NCBI GenBank assembly: GCA_002269645.1
Contig: NIVC01001098.1
Span: 186,001 to 250,000, forward strand
Direction of reading: 5' to 3'
Source of the DNA: Macrostomum lignano
Lineage: Eukaryota
Length of the DNA: 64,000 bases
The position numbers were made by a program, and so were the translations under genes. A model generated the notes under the pieces. That model was not told where the DNA came from, searched no databases, and worked only from the letters and a program-made list of their open reading frames with translations. Positions 56,306 to 64,000 of the stretch are shown one piece after another; within the stretch, counting starts at the first letter, position 1; each line of letters starts with the position of its first letter.

Positions 56306-59300
56306 ACACTCATTTACCCAAGCTTCAGACAGAAGCTTTCTCTATGACCCAACACAGCCACTCATTTACCCAAGCTTCAGGTCAGACAGAAGCTTTCTCT
56401 ATGACCCAACACAGACACTCATTTACCCAAGCTTCAGACAGAAGCTTTCTCTATGACCCACCAACACAGCCACTCATTTACCCAAGCTTCAGACAGAAGC
56501 TTTCTCTATGACCCAACACAGCCACTCATTTACCCAAGCTTCAGACAGAAGCTTTCTCTATGACCCAACACAGACACTCATTTACCCAAGCTTCAGACAG
56601 AAGCTTTCTCTATGACCCAACACAGACACTCATTTACCCAAGCTTCAGACAGAAGCTTTCTCTATGACCCAACACAGCCACTCATTTACCCAAGCTTCAG
56701 ACAGAAGCTTTCTCTATGACCCAACACAGCCACTCATTTACCCAAGCTTCAGACAGAAGCTTTCTCTATGACCCACCAACACAGCCACTCATTTACCCAA
56801 GCTTCAGGTCAGAAGCTTTCTCTATGACCCAACACAGACACTCATTTACCCAAGCTTCAGACAGAAGCTTTCTCTATGACCCACCAACACAGCCACTCAT
56901 TTACCCAAGCTTCAGACAGAAGCTTTCTCTATGACCCAACACAGCCACTCATTTACCCAAGCTTCAGACAGAAGCTTTCTCTATGATCCAACACAGCCAC
57001 TCATTTACCCAAGCTTCAGGTCAGAAGCTTTCTCTATGACCCAACACAGACACTCATTTACCCAAGCTTCAGACAGAAGCTTTCTCTATGATCCAACACA
57101 GCCACTCATTTACCCAAGCTTCAGGTCAGACAGAAGCTTTCTCTATGATCCAACACAGCCACTCATTTACCCAAGCTTCAGGTCAGACAGAAGCTTTCTC
57201 TATGATCCAACACAGCCACTCATTTACCCAAGCTTCAGGTCAGACAGAAGCTTTCTCTATGACCCAACACAGCCACTCTTTACCCAAGCTTCAGACAGAA
57301 GCTTTCTCTATGACCCAACACAGACACTCATTTACCCAAGCTTCAGGTCAGAAGCTTTCTCTATGACCCAACACAGACACTCATTTACCCAAGCTTCAGG
57401 TCAGAGAGAAGCTTTCTCTATGACCCAACACAGCCACTCATTTACCCAAGCTTCAGGTCAGAAGCTTTCTCTATGACCCAACACAGACACTCATTTACCC
57501 AAGCTTCAGACAGAAGCTTTCTCTATGACCCAACACAGACACTCATTTACCCAAGCTTCAGACAGAAGCTTTCTCTATGACCCAACACAGCCACTCATTT
57601 ACCCAAGCTTCAGACAGAAGCTTTCTCTATGACCCAACACAGACACTCATTTACCCAAGCTTCAGGTCAGAGAGAAGCTTTCTCTATGACCCAACACAGC
57701 CACTCATTTACCCAAGCTTCAGGTCAGAAGCTTTCTCTATGACCCAACACAGACACTCATTTACCCAAGCTTCAGACAGAAGCTTTCTCTATGACCCAAC
57801 ACAGACACTCATTTACCCAAGCTTCAGACAGAAGCTTTCTCTATGATCCACCAACACAGCCACTCATTTACCCAAGCTTCAGACAGAAGCTTTCTCTATG
57901 ACCCAACACAGACACTCATTTACCCAAGCTTCAGGTCAGAAGCTTTCTCTATGACCCAACACAGACACTCATTTACCCAAGCTTCAGACAGAAGCTTTCT
58001 CTATGACCCACCAACACAGCCACTCATTTACCCAAGCTTCAGGTCAGAAGCTTTCTCTATGACCCAACACAGCCACTCATTTACCCAAGCTTCAGACAGA
58101 AGCTTTCTCTATGACCCAACACAGCCACTCATTTACCCAAGCTTCAGACAGAAGCTTTCTCTATGACCCAACACAGCCACTCATTTACCCAAGCTTCAGA
58201 CAGAAGCTTTCTCTATGACCCAACACAGACACTCATTTACCCAAGCTTCAGACAGAAGCTTTCTCTATGACCCAACACAGCCACTCATTTACCCAAGCTT
58301 CAGACAGAAGCTTTCTCTATGACCCAACACAGCCACTCATTTACCCAAGCTTCAGGTCAGACAGAAGCTTTCTCTATGACCCAACACAGCCACTCATTTA
58401 CCCAAGCTTCAGACAGAAGCTTTCTCTATGACCCAACACAGACACTCATTTACCCAAGCTTCAGACAGAAGCTTTCTCTATGACCCAACACAGACACTCA
58501 TTTACCCAAGCTTCAGGTCAGAAGCTTTCTCTATGACCCAACACAGCCACTCATTTACCCAAGCTTCAGGTCAGACAGAAGCTTTCTCTATGACCCAACA
58601 CAGCCACTCATTTACCCAAGCTTCAGACAGAAGCTTTCTCTATGACCCAACACAGACACTCATTTACCCAAGCTTCAGGTCAGACAGAAGCTTTCTCTAT
58701 GACCCAACACAGCCACTCATTTACCCAAGCTTCAGACAGAAGCTTTCTCTATGACCCAACACAGCCACTCATTTACCCAAGCTTCAGACAGAAGCTTTCT
58801 CTATGACCCAACACAGCCACTCATTTACCCAAGCTTCAGACAGAAGCTTTCTCTATGACCCAACACAGCCACTCATTTACCCAAGCTTCAGGTCAAAAGC
58901 TTTCTCTATGACCCAACACAGCCACTCATTTACTCAAGCTTCAGGTCAGAGAGAAGCTTTCTCTATGACCCAACACAGCCACTCATTTACTCAAGCTTCA
59001 GGTCAGAGAGAAGCTTTCTCTATGACCCAACACAGCCACTCATTTACCCAAGCTTCAGGTCAGAAGCTTTCTCTATGACCCAACACAGACACTCATTTAC
59101 CCAAGCTTCAGGTCAGAGAGAAGCTTTCTCTATGACCCAACACAGCCACTCATTTACCCAAGCTTCAGGTCAGAAGCTTTCTCTATGACCCAACACAGAC
59201 ACTCATTTACCCAAGCTTCAGACAGAAGCTTTCTCTATGACCCAACACAGACACTCATTTACCCAAGCTTCAGACAGAAGCTTTCTCTATGACCCAACAC

Positions 59301-61185
59301 AGACACTCATTTACCCAAGCTTCAGACAGAAGCTTTCTCTATGACCCAACACAGCCACTCATTTACCCAAGCTTCAGACAGAAGCTTTCTCTATGACCCA
59401 ACACAGACACTCATTTACCCAAGCTTCAGACAGAAGCTTTCTCTATGACCCAACACAGCCACTCATTTACCCAAGCTTCAGACAGAAGCTTTCTCTATGA
59501 CCCAACACAGCCACTCATTTACCCAAGCTTCAGGTCAGAAGCTTTCTCTATGACCCAACACAGACACTCATTTACTCAAGCTTCAGGTCAGAGAGAAGCT
59601 TTCTCTATGACCCAACACAGCCACTCATTTACCCAAGCTTCAGGTCAGAAGCTTTCTCTATGACCCAACACAGCCACTCATTTACCCAAGCTTCAGGTCA
59701 GAGAGAAGCTTTCTCTATGACCCAACACAGCCACTCATTTACCCAAGCTTCAGGTCAGAAGCTTTCTCTATGACCCAACACAGACACTCATTTACCCAAG
59801 CTTCAGACAGAAGCTTTCTCTATGACCCAACACAGCCACTCATTTACCCAAGCTTCAGACAGAAGCTTTCTCTATGACCCAACACAGCCACTCATTTACC
59901 CAAGCTTCAGACAGAAGCTTTCTCTATGACCCACCAACACAGCCACTCATTTACCCAAGCTTCAGGTCAGAAGCTTTCTCTATGACCCAACACAGACACT
60001 CATTTACCCAAGCTTCAGGTCAGAGAGAAGCTTTCTCTATGACCCAACACAGCCACTCATTTACCCAAGCTTCAGGTCAGAAGCTTTCTCTATGACCCAA
60101 CACAGACACTCATTTACCCAAGCTTCAGGTCAGAGAGAAGCTTTCTCTATGACCCAACACAGCCACTCATTTACCCAAGCTTCAGGTCAGAAGCTTTCTC
60201 TATGACCCAACACAGACACTCATTTACCCAAGCTTCAGACAGAAGCTTTCTCTATGACCCAACACAGACACTCATTTACCCAAGCTTCAGACAGAAGCTT
60301 TCTCTATGACCCAACACAGACACTCATTTACCCAAGCTTCAGACAGAAGCTTTCTCTATGACCCAACACAGCCACTCATTTACCCAAGCTTCAGACAGAA
60401 GCTTTCTCTATGACCCAACACAGACACTCATTTACCCAAGCTTCAGACAGAAGCTTTCTCTATGACCCAACACAGACACTCATTTACCCAAGCTTCAGGT
60501 CAGAAGCTTTCTCTATGACCCAACACAGACACTCATTTACCCAAGCTTCAGACAGAAGCTTTCTCTATGACCCAACACAGCCACTCATTTACCCAAGCTT
60601 CAGGTCAGAAGCTTTCTCTATGACCCAACACAGACACTCATTTACTCAAGCTTCAGGTCAGAGAGAAGCTTTCTCTATGACCCAACACAGCCACTCATTT
60701 ACCCAAGCTTCAGGTCAGAAGCTTTCTCTATGACCCAACACAGCCACTCATTTACCCAAGCTTCAGGTCAGAGAGAAGCTTTCTCTATGACCCAACACAG
60801 CCACTCATTTACCCAAGCTTCAGGTCAGAGAGAAGCTTTCTCTATGACCCAACACAGCCACTCATTTACCCAAGCTTCAGGTCAGAGAGAAGCTTTCTCT
60901 ATGATCCAACACAGCCACTCATTTACCCAAGCTTCAGACAGAAGCTTTCTCTATGACCCAACACAGCCACTCATTTACCCAAGCTTCAGACAGAAGCTTT
61001 CTCTATGACCCAACACAGCCACTCATTTACCCAAGCTTCAGACAGAAGCTTTCTCTATGACCCAACACAGACACTCATTTACCCAAGCTTCAGGTCAGAC
61101 AGAAGCTTTCTCTATGACCCAACACAGACACTCATTTACCCAAGCTTCAGACAGAAGCTTTCTCTATTACCCACCAACACAGCCC
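56306..61185. repeat. ~52-57 bp modular satellite, ~90 copies
   Basis: CACTCATTTACCCAAGCTTCAGACAGAAGCTTTCTCTATGACCCAACACAGC (56471, 56523 and onward) with insert variants. Confidence 0.97.
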
Positions 61186-62397
61186 GATTTGCCACCCCTA
61201 AAATCTGTCACAATTGCTCCACTTTGGCTGTGCATGTGTTCACACAGAACCCTCGACCCCAATGTTGGTATTGGCTGAATGTGGCAAGGGACTGGCTGCC
61301 TTGCAAGGGTCCTTGTACACTGTGGCAGTAGAGGACACGCTTATTCTCCCCCCCCCCCCTGTCCGCTCCTCTCATTCGCTACGGGCAACGCGACAGCGGT
61401 GGTGCGAAGGGGGACCGGATGGGGGTGGCTGCACGCTTTGCACAAGCGGTAAGAAGTAGGAGAGTTGGTGAGAACCGGTTTCCAATATAGCAGCGGACGG
61501 ACAGGAATTTAAGATCAGGTCAGGAAAGCGGGGCCAGCCAGAGCTAAACTGAGTTTTCAGCGTTTCGCTACAAGCCCTCCTGCTAACTGACTTACCAACG
61601 AAGCTCTTCAACTCCAAGTAAGTTTGAACAGTGCTTATTTCGAGTCTGTATAAGCCAGTGAGTGTGTGAATCATGGAATGCTGACTATCTCGCTCAGTTT
61701 TGATATTTGTGTAACCGAATTTTGACTCGAAGTGTCTTGCCTGGGCTCTCTCTCTAGTGTATGGATTTAGGTATGCAATGCATGCAACGACAAAGATAAG
61801 CTGTTACTCGGTAGATAAGACAGTGGGAAGGAGCCAGCCTTTCAAACTGGGTCACTGGGTGCCGGGCTTGCTTGACGCAGGCTTTGAAACGACCAGTTTG
61901 CAGACCAATTTTCTAATTGTCAGGCGGTCCAGGTCGGTCAAGCTCAGAAGTCTAAACCTCTAGGCCAGTATAGTATAATAATCATCGAGTTACTTTTATT
62001 AATGCCATTTATTTAATCATCAAGAGTCAGTCAAGCTCAAAATTTCAAATGGGTGAAAACTAAAAAAAATCAGTCAGTTTCACGAGCTCGAAACTTCATC
62101 TTGTCTAAAAGTCTTGCTAGACACTCCCTAGCCGCTAGCTAGGGAATTCGCTAACTTGAGCGAATTCGACCATTTCGATGCACTGAAGTTTCGAGCTTAT
62201 AAATTTTACTGTCTTTTGAAAGCGACCCCAGAAATATTAAAGCCCAATGGCTTCGTTCGCTCATTCTTCGTCAGAATGAGTTGAGCTCTCAGCGCGTATA
62301 ATGCACAGCGGGAAACTATAAGGAACTGCAGTTCAGGTGAGGCAACTCCAAAACCCTGCTGCCCGCAGGTCGCATCTGCCTGTTTGTGCCGGTCAGG

Positions 62398-62640
62398 ATG
62401 ACTTCGCTGCTGACTGTCGTGCTGATTCTCGCCGCTCTCCACAGCCCTGTCCGGAGCGTCACTCTTCAAGAGGGCAAGTCGAACCCGCAGAAGTACATTT
62501 ACTATGACACCGACGAGTTCAACCCCTGGATCCACCTGGCCATATCGCTGCCCATCCTGTACGCCATCCTGATCTTCATCTGGTCCGGCGTCACCCTCTA
62601 CATGAAGCTGAGCGGCAAGAGCCGGCAGAGGCGGCAGTAG
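62398..62640 (+). CDS. Small single-pass membrane protein, 80 aa, family not recognised
   Basis: Signal peptide MTSLLTVVLILAALHSPVRS, short ectodomain, TM WIHLAISLPILYAILIFIWSGVTLY, basic tail KSRQRRQ; GC3-rich codons like the other host genes. Confidence 0.6.
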   Translation: MTSLLTVVLILAALHSPVRSVTLQEGKSNPQKYIYYDTDEFNPWIHLAISLPILYAILIFIWSGVTLYMKLSGKSRQRRQ

Positions 62641-62874
62641 GCTGGTTGAGTGAGAAGAAACTGCTGGGCTGGATGGGAGCTCAGGGAAAGTGCATGGACT
62701 ATTGGCTATGCGAGAGATGCGTGGAGTTTTGGAAAACTTTTCGCTTCTCCAGTGCAAGGCACTCAAAGCCCCGGCTGCCAACTGCTTGAACCCGTCTGTT
62801 GCTTGTTTATCTGGCGGCAAGTAAAAGCCACTCTATGCATAGAACATTAATTACTGCAGTAAGTAATATTCTAT

Positions 62875-63297
62875 TATAGTATTTGTCATGCTGTCTCAGC
62901 CTGGAGACATCCAAACTCAGCCAGTCCCATTCCGCAATGCGTTTTTTTGGCTCGAGCTAGTCGACTTTTACCATAGACATGCTTCTTGGGGCCATGCTGA
63001 CTCAGCCTGGGACATGCAATCTCAGCCAATATAGATTTCAATTGCAAACAGATCTCAATGCTATCATTTCTATAACGTGACATGAAATGGCAACAAACAG
63101 CAATGAATGAACGCAGCAAGAAAAGTCAGTAAGGGTACGCAACAACGCTGAGATTGCATGTCCCAGGCTGAGATAGCATGGCCTTAAGAGGCATGTCTAT
63201 GGTAAAACTTGACTGGCTTACGTAAAAAATCGCACTGTCGAGATGGGCTGGCTGAGTTTGGATGTCTCTGGGCTGGGATAGCATGACAAATACTATA
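62875..63297. mobile_element. ~420-bp MITE with ~150-bp imperfect TIRs and TA ends
   Basis: TATAGTATTTGTCATGC at the left end pairs with GCATGACAAATACTATA at the right end; inner arm ends CCTGGGACATGCAATCTCAGC and GCTGAGATTGCATGTCCCAGG. Confidence 0.75.
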
Positions 63298-63910
63298 GTT
63301 AGTTAGCTGCATGTTTTAGAACTATGAATCATTTGCAATATTTTCCATATCCAATTCCATAGCCAAAGCAAATTCAAGAGCAAATTGTCAGCCAAATACT
63401 TACTGTAAACATGAAATCTTGTTGTAGCAATAGCAATATCCAAAGATAATTCGTGCAATTCTAATATTTAGTAGTGCAGTATAGTATATAAATTTTTATT
63501 TTACGGCTCATTTTCCTATGCTTCCTATTCTGTTATTTGACGATTCAGGATCGGATCGGGCACCTGCAAGCCTAGAAATTCCAATAGCAATATTCAATTT
63601 CTGCAGTTAGGTACCTTTATTTTTTAGTTTCAAATACCGTAATGTCTGCATGACGTATCCATCAGTTCGCTTTCCTGTTTGCCAGTTAAATCCTAAAAAA
63701 TAAATATCAATCTGCCTATTTGCTTCATAAACCGCTTATTAACTACGACGAAGCACATGATTTATGCCTTTTTGATATGATTTATGACTGACTGCTTTCC
63801 TTTAATTGGCTGACCTAGAATCGATGGTATTTCGATCCAAGCTTGCGTACTGGTACGAAGTTTCGGTTATTTGACGGTCAATACGAATTCGTCAATTCGT
63901 CAATGACAAA

Positions 63911-64000
63911 TCAGACGCGCAGCATGCAGACGTCGACTTTGCTGCCGGGCACTTTGAGGCGATTCGAGAACAGCATATACTGCCCGTTAATGTAAAGGCC
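63911..64000 (-). CDS. Possible C-terminal end of a gene entering from the right (GLYINGQYMLFSNRLKVPGSKVDVCMLRV*)
   Basis: Open frame to the window edge with host-like codon usage; no family recognised. Confidence 0.35.
   Translation of the reverse strand, partial: GLYINGQYMLFSNRLKVPGSKVDVCMLRV

Noticed and set aside
56306-61185. CRISPR-like array, because of hairpin-containing repeats
   Set aside because: No unique spacers, no cas genes, eukaryotic context. The same applies to the other arrays.

Overview
Eukaryotic, almost certainly metazoan DNA: spliceosomal introns, GC-rich codon usage in genes, AT-rich intergenic tracts and very many minisatellites. The style suggests a Macrostomum-like flatworm, which is inference only. 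Host genes are two class A GPCRs, an intronless BCCIP-like gene, an intronless glycosyltransferase, a 10-exon SLC38A11-like transporter with a divergent beta-tubulin gene nested antisense in one intron, and a small single-pass membrane protein. The centre (20876-39163) is a very young Ty3/Gypsy retrotransposon in LTR-internal-LTR-internal-LTR tandem form bounded by a single 4-bp TSD. It has a tRNA-Leu PBS, a GGGAAAC -1 frameshift site and an unexplained non-env third ORF with its own apparent CCAAT/TATA promoter. Just to its right is a 244-bp foldback insertion carrying a minimal hammerhead-ribozyme-like motif. MITEs, a putative Helitron, a tRNA-derived SINE and about 15 tandem arrays fill the rest. 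Most long ORFs in the supplied track are artefacts of stop-free repeats. All protein family calls come from recalled motifs, not database searches.
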